The notes beneath the pieces were generated by a model that saw only the letters and a program-made list of their open reading frames with translations, did not search any database and was not told where the DNA came from. 64,000 bases of DNA from positions 44,153,761-44,217,760 of the forward strand of contig NC_057721.1 in assembly GCF_004010195.1 (NCBI RefSeq), written 5' to 3'. This DNA is from Chiloscyllium plagiosum (lineage: Eukaryota). Positions 1 through 13,283 of the stretch are shown piece after piece. The stretch's first letter is position 1; every line of letters starts with the position of its first letter. Position numbers and translations under genes: made by a program.

Positions 1-185
1 TTTAGCTTGGTCAATTCACCTGACCTGCACATTTTTGGATTTGTGGGAGGAAACCGGAGCACCCGGAAGGAACCCACGCAGACATGGGGAGAATGTGCAA
101 ACTCCACACGGAGAGTGACCTGAGGCGGGAATCAAACCCAGGTCCCTGACGCTGTGAGGCAGCAGTGCTAACCACTGAGCCGCCG
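1..185 (-). mobile_element. HE1-like tRNA-derived V-SINE (cut by the window edge)
   Basis: Reverse complement reads ggcggctcagtggttagcactgctgcctcacagc..gggtttgattcc (A/B boxes), then the V-domain gtgtggagtttgcacattctcccc..gggtgctccggtttcctccc. Confidence 0.85.
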
Positions 186-349
186 TTCCACCCTATTTAT
201 TGGTTATTGATCATTCTTTGGATACTTTCATCTAAATTATTGACTACTCCTCTAAAACCATCAAGTCTGCAGCTTGCCTCCTTATCAGAAGTACCAACAA
301 CTTCCCTCTTCCTTGTTACATTTAGCAATGTCTGTGTTTGCAGACATAG

Positions 350-400
350 CTTTCCTGTGAATAACTCCTTAAATTCTTTCCTGTGAATAACTCCCTAAAT
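350..400. repeat. 26-bp tandem duplication (ctttcctgtgaataactccYtaaat x2)
   Basis: Units at 350-375 and 376-400, one mismatch. Confidence 0.85.
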
Positions 401-479
401 AAGGCAGTCAGTTATCACAAAGATGTCAAAACAGTTTTGTTCATGTAGCTCGACTCCTTTTTCTTCCAGATGTAACTAA

Positions 480-1320
480 ATGTACATATTACAGAGGAGG
501 AGGTGCTGGATGTCTTAAAACTCATAAAGATGGATAAATCCCCACAACCTGATCAGGTGTACCCTCGAACTCTGTGGGAACCTAGGCAAGTGATTGCTGG
601 GACCCTTGTTGAGATATTTGGAACATCGATAGCCACAGATGAGGTGCCAGAAGACTGGAAGTTGACTAATGTGGTGCCACTATTTAAGAAAGGTGGTGAG
701 GAAAAGCCAGGAGACTGGTGAGCCTGATGTTGGTGGTGGGTAAGTTGTTGGAGGGAATCTTGAGGGACAGGATTTACATGTATTTGGACTGATTAGGGAT
801 AGTCAACATGGCTTTGTGCATGGGAAATCATGTCTCACAAACTTGATTGAGTTTTTTGAAGAAGTAACAAAGAGGATTGATGAGGGCAGAGTGGTGGATG
901 TGATCTATTTGGACTTCAGTAAAGTATTCGACAAGGTTCCTCATGGTAGCCTTGTTAACAAGATTAGATCACATGGAATACAGGGACAGCTAGCCATTTG
1001 GATAAAGAACTGGCTTGAGGGTAGAAAACAGAGGGTGGTGGTGGTGGTGGAGGGTTGCCTGTCAGACTGGACACCTGTGAACAGTGGTGTGCAACAAGGA
1101 TTAGTGCTGGGTCCACTGCTTTTCATCATTTATATAAATGATTTCGATGTGAACATAGGAAATATAGTTATCAAGTTTGCAAATGACACCAAAATTGGAA
1201 ATGTAGTGGACAGTGAAGAAGGTTACCTCTGATTACAACAGGATCTTGATAAGATGGGTCAATGAGCTGAGGAGTGTTGCAGATGGAGTTTAATTTGATT
1301 TTGAGTTTGAGATAAACATT
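480..1320 (+). mobile_element. CR1 LINE ORF2 (reverse transcriptase) fragment, decayed
   Basis: ORFs 503-721 and 816-1232: [53 protein letters not shown]. Confidence 0.9.
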
Positions 1321-1339
1321 GGCAAAGACATTTTGGATA

Positions 1340-2350
1340 ATTCCTTAACTCTTCATTGATATCATGCCATTGGATCATCTTTTGGCTGCCTGAGGAAGCA
1401 ATGAGATCTTGCTTTAGCATTACATCTGAAAGGCGGTACCTCTGATATATTATTGTACTATCAGAATGGCATGAGAAGGTCACCTTAATTTTTAGAACAT
1501 ATAACAATACAGCGCAGATCCGGCCCTTCGGCCCTCGATGTTACGCCAACCTGTGAACTATTCTAAGCTCATCCCCCCCCCTACACTATCCCATCATCAT
1601 CCACGTGCTTATCCAAGGATTGTTTAAATCTCCCTAATGCAGCTGAGTTGACTACATTGGCAGGTAGGGCATTTCACACTCTTACTGCTCTCTGAGTAAA
1701 GAACCTCTGACATCTGTCTTAAATCTATCACCCCTCAATTTGTAGTTATGCCACCTCATACAAGTTGATGTCATCATCCTAGGAAAAAGATTTTCACCTT
1801 CTACCCTATCTAATCCTCTGATCATCTTGTATGTCTCTATCAAATCCCCTCTTAGCCTTCTTCTTTCCAATGAGAACAAACCCAAGTCTCTTAGCCTTTC
1901 CTCATAAGAGCTTCCCTCCAGACCAGGCAACATCCTGGTAAATCTCCTCTGTACCCTTTCCAATGCTTTCACATCCTTCCTGTAATGGGGTGACTAGAAC
2001 TGTACACAATATTCCAAGTGCAGCCGCACTAGCATTTTGTATAATTGCAGCATGACATTACGGCTCTGGAACTCCTCTACCAATAAAACCTAACACACCG
2101 TATGCCTTCTTAACATCACTATCAACCTGGGTGGCAACTTTCAGGGATTTATGTACATTGGCTCCAAGATCCCTCTGCACATCCACACAACCAAGAATCT
2201 TTTCATTGACCCAGTATTCTGCCTTCCTGTTATTTTTCCCAAAGTGAATCACCTCACATTTGGCTGCATTGATCTCCATTTCATGTTCAAACTCTGGAAT
2301 GAAACTGGAACTCCGACATCAGAGTCTGCGCCAATGAGCCATTGCTGACA
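1340..2350 (-). mobile_element. DeuSINE (SacSINE1-like) split by a CR1 insertion (pieces ~1340-1492 and ~2281-2350)
   Basis: tgccattggatcatctttt..catctgaaaggcggtacctctga resembles the recalled Deu-domain reverse strand. The tRNA-like head (ccaatgagccattgctgacac) resumes right after the CR1. Confidence 0.55.
1493..2280 (-). mobile_element. CR1 LINE 3' fragment
   Basis: ORFs 2058-2279 and 1682-1972 (KCEVIHFG, ALERVQRRFTRMLPG, LERRRLRGDLIETYK). 3' tail agaacat at the left end. Confidence 0.9.
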
Positions 2351-2583
2351 CGCCGTTTGATGTTGTATGCTGAAAGGGCCAAATGATAAAGTTTATCACA
2401 TTATTAGCAAAACAGTGTAGTTTGAAGTAAGTTATTGTAACTAATTGACTAAAGGAAAGACAGAAAGTAAGTTGAACCTTCTGTTCAGGCTTGTGCAAGC
2501 TATTACAAGGTGTATGTATGTGTGTGTGTATAGACATGTGAAGCAGAGCTTCACATTTGATGTGCAGTTCAATCTCAATTAGT

Positions 2584-2851
2584 CATGATTTGGAGATGCC
2601 GTTATTGGACTGGGGTATACAAAGTTAAAAATCTCACAATGCCAGGTTATAGTCCAACAGGTTTAACTGGAAGCGCTAGCTTTCTGAGCACTGCTCCTTC
2701 ATCAGGTGGATGTGGAGTACATGGTTGTAAGACACAATTCTGTGTCTTACAATCATGTACTCCACAACTACCTGATGAAGGAGCAGTGCTCCGAAAGCTA
2801 GTGCTTCCAATTAAACTTGTTGGACTATAACCTGGCATTGAGATTTTTAAC
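2584..2851. mobile_element. Fold-back (palindromic) PLE-derived insertion, family A, with hammerhead cores on both strands
   Basis: Inverted arms ~2624-2736 and 2741-2851 around the loop attc. CTGATGA-A-GGAGC-AGT-GCTCC-GAAA-GCTA at 2772-2800, mirrored at 2677-2705. Degenerate TSD atctcaaYta. Confidence 0.75.
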
Positions 2852-2900
2852 CATCTCAACTATATTATTAGGATGTTGGTGGTATGTTACTTCAATATAA

Positions 2901-3112
2901 AGAGCTGAAAATGTGTTGCTGGAAAAGCGCAGCAGGTCAGGCAGCATCCAAGGAACAGGAGAATCGACGTTTCGGGCATAAGCCCTTCTTCAGGAATCTT
3001 ATGCCCGAAACGTCGATTCTCCTGTTCCTTGGATGCTGCCTGACCTGCTGCGCTTTTCCAGCAACACATTTTCAGCTCTGATCTCCAGCATCTGCAGCCC
3101 TCACTTTATCTC
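2901..3112. mobile_element. Fold-back PLE pLTR insertion, family B (perfect 82-bp inverted repeat)
   Basis: Arms 2901-2982 and 2998-3079 are exact reverse complements. 15-bp TSD tacttcaatataaag (2888-2902, 3113-3127). Nearly the same sequence as the terminus of the PLE at 43437-44650. Confidence 0.88.
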
Positions 3113-5430
3113 TACTTCAATATAAAGCCAAGATTCATGGTGCAATTATTTATGATTTGCTTATTAGAACCTAAAATTACACACCATAAGAAGGATCAGA
3201 ACTTGCTGGCATATCTTGTAGTAAGCTCCTATTTCTCCAGTTCTGTGCCATTTTGTTCTACAAGAGTGAGCAAAGTGTGTCAGCGAATGGCCTGAATTTC
3301 TCTGAAGGTTTTGTAATATAGTTATGAAATGATATTGAATAATTGGCACTAGTAGAAGCTGTAAGATGTGAGAGGCTTACAGCAGTGCCAATTGTATGAG
3401 ATGAGATGTTATAAATGCAAGCTAGGTATGTGTCTGTGAGTGATGGGTTGTGGCAAATTTGGCTTATGGCATGGTTTATTTGATATGGCATTTAGTCTTT
3501 GTAGGTACAAGGATGTTGGCACAGTTCCTGTTCCTCTTTTGTGCTTAAGGGCCTATTTAATTTACAATGATAGAGGAACAATCACTAGAGAGTCTTAACA
3601 AAAAGAGGTTCTAGTCTTAACAAGATATAGATATTGTATAATAAAATGTATGTGACAGTTGCACTGGCTAGTTAGACTTTGTTACTAAGACTATTTGAAA
3701 TCATAAATAACACATCCGTCACCTTCGAGCTATTCTCTCAGTACCCCCATCCACCCTGTATTAAATCATCATAGATTAGGTGGATGTTAATGTTTTTTCC
3801 AACATTAACCTTTTCAGACACCTTACCCTATTCACCATATCTCTGAAAGATTTTTTTCCCATTAATATTTTATGCATTCATTTATAAAACTACATTTAAC
3901 ATAATTCCATCTCCTGCCAGGTCTATAACTTTACAAATTCAGGTAGCCTGGAGGTATTCCAATGTTTCCAGAATGCATTCTTTTTTGACTTAGAAAATTG
4001 GGAGGTCTTGGGCTTGAGCACTGATGACCTTAATTCTGATCTTGATCATGCATTTTCTGTGAAGTATGTTGCAACTGGAGGACCATTTATCTCTTGGACT
4101 TCCTTTGCAGTCGATGTTGTTTCTGCCAAATAACGTGGTTGATCCATTACCTTATCTGGAGGACATTATCTCCTGAACGTCTTTTTCAAAAGAACACATC
4201 CCTACTGAACCAGGAGTTGCCAAGCTACAACATTTGAGAGACCTTTAATATCACGAATTTCCATCATGGCAGATGGTTAATCTGTGGAAATAAGTACTTT
4301 CTTCTTTGCAGTTCCTAGGCAGGATTTCAAAACTAGATATATTCTTTACAATACCATCTTAAATACGTGGACGTTGGTCTGGTTTTCATAGAATTATGCA
4401 AATTTTGTTCATGCAAATATTTACTCTCAATGTGCTGATAGATTGGTTAACATCTGTAACTCCTTACTTCACTTCTTGATTAGATTGGGTGTCTCCATTT
4501 GCACTCCTTGATTATCGTACTAGTGCAAAAGATATTTTCACATCGTTAGTTATGGGACTGGAGAATTGCTGCATTATCTCTGTCACTGACACTGTTCATT
4601 TTGCTTTGGAGTACAAAGATTTGAAATGTTTCTCTTCATTCCCTGACATAATATTTAAATCTGCAATCACAAATTGTTCTGCAGACAGTTTCGCTGTCTG
4701 AGCAACTTCAGTTAAGCATTTGCTCACGAACTCGAACGGGATGTACTGCGTATTCTTGTTTTCAGAATTTGCTTCTGCTTGGAGAATCTGCAAACCAAAT
4801 ATTATACCATGATGATCGGCATGGAGAATGTTTCCAGCCTACCTGTGTGGTTGTAAATTTCCTTCCTGACAGTACTAGACAGTTCTTTTACGCCAACATA
4901 GATCATCTCAAAAGATACTTTTTGTTTTTAGTTCCACCATGAGTTTGTAAAGCCTAATGAAATTTTATACTAGTTGCTCTTGGACCAGATGGACAACAAT
5001 AGTTTGTTCCTGTACCAGTTGTTTTCTGATTCCAAGCTATTTGAATAGTCATAGAAAAACTTGATTCCCTTGAGTTGTTCACTGTCTTTTGGGAGTAGCT
5101 GAGATAAAGACGTAAGTTTAGGCTCAAAAGTGAGAAGTGTTGATGTGAAGCATGTACACTGTATATGCTCTCAACTTTCTTATGTTACTTGTGTTGCAGA
5201 ATAATTTGCAGCATATCTTTAATCCTGAGAATTATACCCTCTGGACTATATTGTTTAATTTCTGTAGGCTGTTTCTTTTTTTTTCAGTCATGGTATTCGA
5301 TCTGCTAAATAATTACAATCAGCCTGAATTAATCTAAAAAAAGGGGGGGACATTGACATAAACAAGTTCTGTCAAATTTGAGTCATTTGGATCATGAATT
5401 TCCCTTAGGATTTCTTTTATAAGGCTTTCC

Positions 5431-5643
5431 GTTTCTGCATGGGTTTCCTCCGGGTGCTCTGGTTTCCTTCTACAGTCCAAAGATGTGCAAGTCAGGTGAA
5501 TTGGCCATGCTAAATTGCCCTTTAGTGTTAGGTGCATTAGTCAAAGGGAAATGGGTCTGGGTGCGTTACTCTTTGGAGGGTTGGTGTGGACTTTTTGCGC
5601 CGAAGGGTCTATTTTCACACTGTAGGGAATCTAATCTAATCTC
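5431..5643 (+). mobile_element. HE1-like V-SINE, 5'-truncated
   Basis: gggtttcctccgggtgctctggtttcc..gtccaaagatgtgc..ggccatgctaaattgccc, with an (aatct)n tail. Confidence 0.85.
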
Positions 5644-6164
5644 TTATGAATTCTGATTTCAAAGTTCCAGAGGCAGAGATAATTCATAGAGATGATTAAC
5701 AAAATGATCAAAAACAGGGATTCTCCTGATTGCTGAACTCTTCTATTAAATCTCGCTGTTTCAAGATTTTTTTCTCTTTAAGGTTAAAGTAATTGTCAAA
5801 AGATTTCAGATCTTCATCAAATTTATCCATGCCTTTTTATGTTTTGATGATTTATAATATCATCAGCAGTAGGTACTATTGAATACAACCACCTACTTAC
5901 TTGTTCAGCATGTGATTTAATGTTAAGTTTGAAACAATTCTACACCTTAAAATCTGTGGACCCAAGATGTCCAACCCTGTGATCAAACAAAGTTAAGTCT
6001 TGAATGCAGTATTAGTTTTCTTGCTAAGTCTTCTTATTGTGATTATTTATTCTTATTACTTAATATCTCACATTTGACAGTATCTTTATGATGCTGTGAA
6101 TTTTGTTTCCCTTGAAGACTTGTACTTTTGTAAATTGCAACGCTGTTTTATCTCAGCCAGAGAC

Positions 6165-6445
6165 TCATAGAAATGTACAAATTGAAAACAGATCCTTCCG
6201 TCCAACTCGTCCATGCTGATCAGATACCCTAAATTAATCTAGTCCCATTTGCCAACATTTGGCCCACATCCTGCTATACCCTTCATTTACATATACCCAT
6301 TCGGATGCCTTTTAAATATTGTAATTGTACTAGCCTCCACCATTTCTTCTGGCAGCTCATTCCATACACGCAGAACCTTTTTGTATGGTTGTCCCATAGG
6401 TCCCTTTTAAATTTTCTTACTCTTGCCTTAAACCTATGCCCTCTA
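6165..6445 (-). mobile_element. CR1 LINE 3' end fragment
   Basis: Reverse complement of the CR1 3' end seen at 26950-27255 (ttctggcagctcattcca, ggcccacatcc). Confidence 0.75.
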
Positions 6446-8832
6446 CTTCTTCTAAGTTTTTTAGCTTGTAAACAGTTTAGAATATCAATTCATTTCCCTT
6501 TTTTTGGAAGTTTTTAATGATATTAAATAATAATGTTTATATAACCATTTACTGGGGGGCTTTCCTCTTCATTGTGACCAAAATAGAGGTTCCCAAAATT
6601 TTGCAGGCAAAATGGATATTTCTTCCTTTTCCACAGGCAATGTGGATGTGTTCCCTCCTTTCACAGCTTAATTCATAATGGATGTACTTTTCAAATACAG
6701 TTTTGTGCCTGCAACCTTTATACATGCTCCTGCCCAGAACCACTGTTTAAGTTATTAGTCTGTCAATGTATTTTCAAAATCACTGTTAGGAAGTGGATGT
6801 TGCTAGCTGGCCCAGCATTTATTGCCCATCCCTAGTTATCCTTTGGGTCATGGTGGTGAGCTACCTTCTTGAACTATAACAATCTATTCAACATTGTAGC
6901 CCCAAAGAGTTCTTCTTTTAGAATCTACATGATTTTAGCTTGGAAATTGTCCCTTTTGTCACCTTAACACAGCCTTCTGATGCTTCCAACACTGGGACAT
7001 CAGTACAAAATATACCTGTGACCCTTCTTTCCACCATGGTGCCTGTGTCTCTTGGTGCCTGTTCAACATAACAGCAACATTCACTGTGAACTTTACTCAT
7101 TATTTTCACTTCTCGTCTTCTCATCCTGTTTGATTTTTGAGCCATTAATTTAAAGTTTCATCAATTGCCCAAAAAGGATTTTTAACTTTACTTTTGAAGG
7201 TTCGATATATTTGCCCCCGAACCGGGAATGCTTTCTGATGGAAATTGTAACTGTCAAATGTGATTAGTCTTTAAGGTTTTGCATCCCACACACTTCATCT
7301 GTGCATCTTGCCAGGACTGACATAACGGCTTTAGCCTGAATGCTACTTCTCTCTTGTTGGACTTGACATGAGTTCCTGCTGATCACTACCTTGTTCAAAC
7401 ACTTGGCAGCTGCTGACTGTCTGGTTGACTAATTCTTAAAGCTATAATGAACTTTAGAGCTGTCCACTTACTTGGTTTCTGGAAATTTCGGCTCCCAGGT
7501 AAGCTAGAATTTTATCATCTTGCTCTTTGCAATATTCAACGACGTCAACTGCTGGTCATCACATTGTATTTGTGAGTAGGAGAATGCTGCTACTATTCCC
7601 CTTTCCTTGAGAACTGTATAGCCTGGTATGAAAAAGAGTTTAAAGCTTTGTTCTGACTAATCAGAGGCTGAAAAGAAGGAATTGTTCCACTGCTTGTCAC
7701 CTGGCCATAACTAGACAAATTTGCACAGACCATGTCACAACACTGAGTTGCACCAAAACTGTTAAAAATGACCAATTGCCAATTGTTGTCATGTGACTAC
7801 GTTTGAAACTTCATGCTGGTGATTGTCTGCTATCTTGGCAGCCATGGTTCATTCAGCCTGCACTCACCCATTGTTCCAGCACATTTTCACCCAGCATGTC
7901 AAAGCGGAGTGTGGCTGCTTTCTGACAAGGGCTGGCTACTCTATAATGACTACTCTCTATTATCCAACCACACTTAGCTAGCATGCACCTAACCAGAACC
8001 AAACTAATATAAGGACACCATCAAGTACACCAGAGACTGGAACAGTGATACTGCTGCCCAAAGGAGCTCACCGGTAAGTGTTCCCATTGCTGGAGCTCCA
8101 CTGAAATTTTAACAACTTGGCTATCATGAGTCCATAGCCTTTACCACAGAGTTCAAAAAAGACCTCAGGAGGAAGAGAAAGTGAAATAAGAAAAGAAAGG
8201 CAGGAGACAACTGGTACAGTACAATTCTCGGCAGGCTAGCTGTGAGCACTGCAGTTGACTCCAAATCCCGTGAATAAACTTCCAAATCCCAAATATTTGA
8301 CAATTCCCTACTTCACGATTCCACTGTAACAGGTCAGTAGTGTACAGTCAGTCAAGGATTCAGTGCTGGATAGCACATCATTATTATTATGATTAGAAGA
8401 CAGCATAAGGTATGCATTCTGCCTGCATCTTTAAGTGTGCACATCACAATCCATGCATCTGCTCTCCGCGGTTATTCAAAGTAGCTCTTTGCATCTGTAT
8501 GCAAGTTGTGTAGCCGCAAACACAAGTTGTTTTCCATGTCTGACTGCAGATTCCACATCTGGTGAGGATCTTGAAGTCTCTAATGTGCACTATTTTAGCA
8601 GTTATCACATCTTCTCAAATAAACAAGCTGAAATAGCACAAAAGTGGATTCATAGATCATTATTTATTGAAGGAAGACAAGTGGCGGCCTCTTTTAAAAA
8701 GCAATTCATTTATTTATCAGACAGTGTTCCAAATCCTAATAGCAATTGCATAAAAGATTCCCCCATAGTGTTTTTCACTAATTCTTTTGTCAGATTAAAC
8801 AATTTAAATGTGTAAGAACCCATTGCATATTC

Positions 8833-11022
8833 ATAAGATCATAAAACCTAGGAGCAGAAATTAGGCCATTCAGTCTATTTTGTTTGCTTTGCCATTCAAT
8901 CACAGCTGAAGAGTATCTCAACCCCATTCTCCTGCTTTCCTCCATAACCCTTGATCCCCTTGATACTCAAGAAGGTTTCTATCTCAGTCTTAAATACACT
9001 CAATGACCTGGCCACCACAGCCTTCTGTGGCAATTAATTCCATAGATTCACGACTCTCTAGTTGAAGACATTTCTCCTTATCTCCATTCTAAAAAGTCTT
9101 CCTTTTACTCTAAGGCTGTGCCCTCAGGATCTAGTCTCTCCTACCAATGGAAAGATCGTCCCAACATCTACTCTGTCCAGGCCATTCAATATTCTGTGTG
9201 TTTCAATTGTATTCACCTCCTCATATCACCACCCCCCCCCCCCCCCCCAACCTTTCTAAACTCCATCAAGTACAGGCCCAAATATTCTTCATGTGTTAAG
9301 CTTTTCATTCCTGGGACCATTCTAGTGAACATCCTCTGAACACGCTGTAGAGCCAGAACGTCCTTCCTGAGATATGGAGCTCAAAACTGCGCTCAATACT
9401 CCAAATGTAGTCTGACCAGACCCTTATAGAGCCTCAAAGGTAGATCCCTACTTTTATTTTCAAGTTCTCTCAAAATAAATGCTATCATTGCATTTGCCTT
9501 CCTAACTATTGACCCAACCTGCCAGTTTACCTTGAGAGAATCCTGGACTAGAACTCCCAAGTCCCTTTGCACTTCAGATTTTGAATTTTCTCCCCATTTA
9601 AAAAATAGTCCATGCCTCTATTTTTCCTACCAATGTGCATTCCCTCACATCTATCTACGTTGCACTTCATCTGTCACTTCTTTGCCCACTCTCCTAACCT
9701 GTGCAAATCCTTCTATAGCCTCCCTGCCTCCTCTATGCTAACTGAACCTGTATCTATCTTTGTATCATCAGCAAACTTAGCCAGAATGCCTTTAGTTCCT
9801 TCATTGAGATCTTTAATGTATAAAGTAAAAGTTGTAGTCCCAACACTGAGCCTTGTGGAACACCACTTGTCACCGTCATCCTGAGAAAGACCCTTTTATT
9901 CTCACTCATTGCTTTCTGCCAGACAGGCAAGCTTCTATCCATGCTAGGACCTTACCTCTAACACCAAGGGGCCCTAATTTTACTCAGTAGCCTCCTGTGC
10001 AGCACCTTGTCAAAGGCCTTCTTGAAGTCCAGGTAGATAACATCCATTGGCTCTCCTTGGTCTAATCAGCTCGTTACTTCCTCAAAAAATTCTAGCAGAT
10101 TTGTCAGGTATGACCTCCCCTTCATGAAACCATGCTGACCTTACCCTATTTTATCATACACTTCCAAGTATTCAGAAATCTCATCCTTCACAATGGATTC
10201 CAGGATTGTACCCACGACTGAGATTAGGCTAATTGGTCTGTAATTTTCTGTCTTTTGCCTTGCTCCCTTTTTAAACTGGAGTATCATGTTAGTGATTTTT
10301 CCATCCTCTGTGACCCTCCCTGACTCTAGTGATTCCTGAAAGATCACTACTAACACCTCCACTATCTCTTCAGCTATCTCCCTTAGAACTCTGGGGTGTT
10401 GTCCGTTTGGTCCAGGTGGTTTATCCATCTTCAGGCCATTCAGGTTTTATATCATCTTCTCTGTGGTCACGGCCACGAGACTCAGCTCTGCCCCCCTCAC
10501 CCTTTTTAACTTTTGGGATATTATTTGTGTCTTCCACCATGAAGACTGACGCGAAGTAATTATTCAGTTCCTCAGCCATTTTCTTCTTCCCCACTACTAT
10601 CCCTCCAGCATAATTTTCCAGCACCCTAATGTCTAGTTTTGCCTCTTTTGTCCTTTTATATATCTAAAGAAACTCTTACAGTCTTCCTTTATATTACTCT
10701 CATCTTTAATCTTTTATTTCCTTATTTTCTTTTTTGTTGCCCTGTGTTGTAAGCTTCCCAATCCTCTGGTTTCCCACTGCTCTTTGCCACATTATATGCT
10801 TTCTCTTTTGCTTTTATGCTATCCCTGACTTCCCTAGTCAACCATGGTAGCTTCATCTTCCATGTACCATGCTTCTTTTTTCTCGGGAAGAATCTCTGCT
10901 GTGTCTCCTGAATTACTCCCAGAAACCCCTGCCATTGCTGTTCCACTGTCTTTCCTGTTAGGCTCCTCTCCGAGTCAATTCTACCCAGCTCCTCCCTCAT
11001 GCCTCTGTCATTGCCTTTATTC
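8833..11022 (-). mobile_element. CR1 LINE, ~2.2 kb decayed ORF2 3' portion
   Basis: ORFs 10722-11024, 10421-10624 (AEELNNYFASVF), 10141-10428 (NYRPISLISVVG) and 9754-9942 ([10 protein letters not shown]). Confidence 0.88.
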
Positions 11023-11294
11023 ATCCTAGCTTAAGGTTGCTGTTTTGGATTTGTTCACCAACAGTATTCCACCCAAGACAAATCCTTCATCACCAAGTGT
11101 AAAGTGATTGTTTTAAGGACTGTCCACCAGTAAATGTAATGCAGTTTAAATGCCTATGTGAGCCATTTAATGGGTACTCCTGTGTTTTAATATTACTTCC
11201 TCAATTGAATATTGTAGTATATGGGATTAATAGCTGTTAGGTGAATAGATATACTGCATCTTCAGTGATGTCAGATGGTCTGATTAAAGACAAC

Positions 11295-11495
11295 TTCACC
11301 GTAGTCCTGCTCGCTCATTAGAGAGAGAGAGAGAGAGATGACTGGTGGTGTTTAACTTGAGAGTCACCACACATCGTGCAAGGGGAGAGGCTAAGAAGGA
11401 ACATCCTTCGTGCTACACTCAGCTGGTGCAGGAATTGAACCCATACTGTTAGCATCGCTCTTATTACAAACCAGCCATCCAGCCAAGTGACCTCT
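11295..11495 (-). mobile_element. tRNA-derived SINE with internal (AG)n; second copy at 61690-61860
   Basis: B-box reverse complement ggaattgaaccc; shares ccagccatccagccaa and ctcattagagagag with 61690-61860. Confidence 0.6.
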
Positions 11496-11721
11496 GAAGG
11501 CCTGGGAAGAAGGTTATGACACAGTCCTGCTCAACCAGGTCCCTGAGAATAGTGTGAAAAGCTAGTAAGTGTTCATTAGTTTTCATTAGTATAGTTTCCA
11601 GTCCTCATCTGCCAATATAATCTTTATATAAATACTGGATTTAAATGTTCCTGTCTTCAGATTAGCTTGTTCAGGATATATTTCAAGAAAAATGTCTCTT
11701 GTGTTTTCTATCTTGATATAG

Positions 11722-12099
11722 ACTCATGCAGTGCTCAAAGACGAGTGAAAGTACAAAAAGGGCCCCTAGTCCGGGCTGAAGGACACCACATAACCATCCA
11801 GTGTGATGTGAGCGGGTATCAGGGGTCACCAGAGCAGAACTTTGAGTGGTCCCTCTTTCGTCCAGATAAGCCTACACTGAAAATCCAGATTATCAGCACA
11901 AATGATCCTACTTTCTCTTATGCTGTGTTTGGAGGAAGAGTGCAGAAGAATGAGATCTACATCGAGAGGCTGAAAGGAGACTCTGTGCTGTTACACATTA
12001 CAAAGCTGCAGAAAAGTGATGAAGGGACATATGAGTGTGCCACTCCAAGCACAGACAACGTATACTGGGGGTCCTACAGTGCCGTAACGAACTTGACAG
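11722..12099 (+). CDS. CD101: CD101/IGSF2-like (EWI family; IGSF3-like alternative) exon encoding Ig-V domain 1
   Basis: AG at 11720-21, GT at 12100-01; 378 nt, phase 1-1. Encodes DSCSAQRRVKVQKGPLVRAEG..CDVSGYQG..EQNFEW..DEGTYECATPSTD..GSYSA, the typical EWI-family first domain (recalled human CD101 QREVTVQKGPLFRAEG). Confidence 0.9.
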
Positions 12100-12389
12100 G
12101 TGGGTTTTTCAAGCGTTCTTCTTTTCTCCATGTTGTACTTTAACTGCTCATCATCAACTTCAGAGTTCTGATTGAAAATATCAGAAAGATGGCAGCACCC
12201 AATTAAACATGCCTCTGTTTACAATTAGCATCTATTGAAAATGCAGCAGTAAGTACTATCAATCCTTTCCAAGTCTCAACATGCCAATATGAATCTGATT
12301 ACATTAAAACAATGCAAAATTATACACCTTTTGAGCATTTAGATTAATGCACCATTAGGAGATCTAATTATATAGATATGGACAGGCAT

Positions 12390-12620
12390 ACAAAACATAC
12401 AAAAGTATGATAAAGGAAGACCGGTAGAGCACTCAGCTCTTCAAGCCTGTTCTGCCATGAGATAAGGTCAGGGCTGGTCTGATTTTAACCTTTAATCTAC
12501 AACCCTGCAAAACCCCGACAGTCTTTCATTCCCTTAGTAATCAAGAATTTTTCTACCTCTGCCTTCAAAATATTCAAAAGTTCTTCATTTGCCTTTTCAG
12601 AAAGGAATTGCAAATATAAA
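12390..12620 (-). mobile_element. old CR1 3' fragment
   Basis: cactcagctcttcaagcctgttctgcc..ctacctctgccttcaaaatattcaa resembles the other CR1 3' ends in the window. Confidence 0.5.
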
Positions 12621-13283
12621 ATTCTATTGAGCTCATATTACAAGCATGTAGTACCTAGAAATACATCTTTTTTAAACCTGTTTTGTTGAATGTACAGATT
12701 TGCTTTTTCCTATTCAGCATGAAGAAATGAACCATATAATTCTACTGTACATGCAGTTTGTTTATTTATAGGTAAACGTATTTCTTTGTGATTTACTGGT
12801 AAGTGAATAAAAGGGGAAGTGCATTCATTATCAACTGAATTAGATAAGCAGTTTGCTCATGTGGTATAGGGGAAATAATATTTCCAATCAAGCATTTCAT
12901 TTTTTATCATATTCAAAATGCTTTTTGATTGCAACATCCCTTGGCCTAGTTAGTGATGGAAATTCCTCCTGTGATACTGAGCCCTAGATATTTTAGGTTC
13001 AATTTATCGAATCATTGAATGTCACAGCACAGAAGGAATATGTTTGGCTCTACACTCTTTGAAAGAGCTATTCAATTAATCTTTTCTCTTTACTAAGAAC
13101 ACTGCAATTTCTCCAATTCTCTGTTGATAGTTAGTATTGGATCTGCTTCCATCACACTTCCATGAAGCTGATGACAGATAATAACTTGCTCCTTCCAAAA
13201 TAAAATGTTTCTTTATCTGACCTCAGGTTCCTTTGTCAATTACATAAACCTCTCTCCTCTGGTTACTGACTGCCACTGAAATC

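Noticed and set aside
2884-3081. Near-identical ORFs on both strands (MCCWKSAAGQAASKEQENRRFGHK..), recurring at 52569, 56514 and 57557; likewise the mirror ORFs at 2585-2859
   Set aside because: These are artefacts of palindromic PLE pLTR sequence, not a small-protein or toxin-antitoxin family.
1-11721. Signal-peptide/first exon of the CD101-like gene; strong donor ccg|GTAAGT at 8074
   Set aside because: I could not find an ATG-initiated hydrophobic leader ending in phase 1 at 8074 or elsewhere. The exon is probably upstream of the window or too short to recognise by eye.
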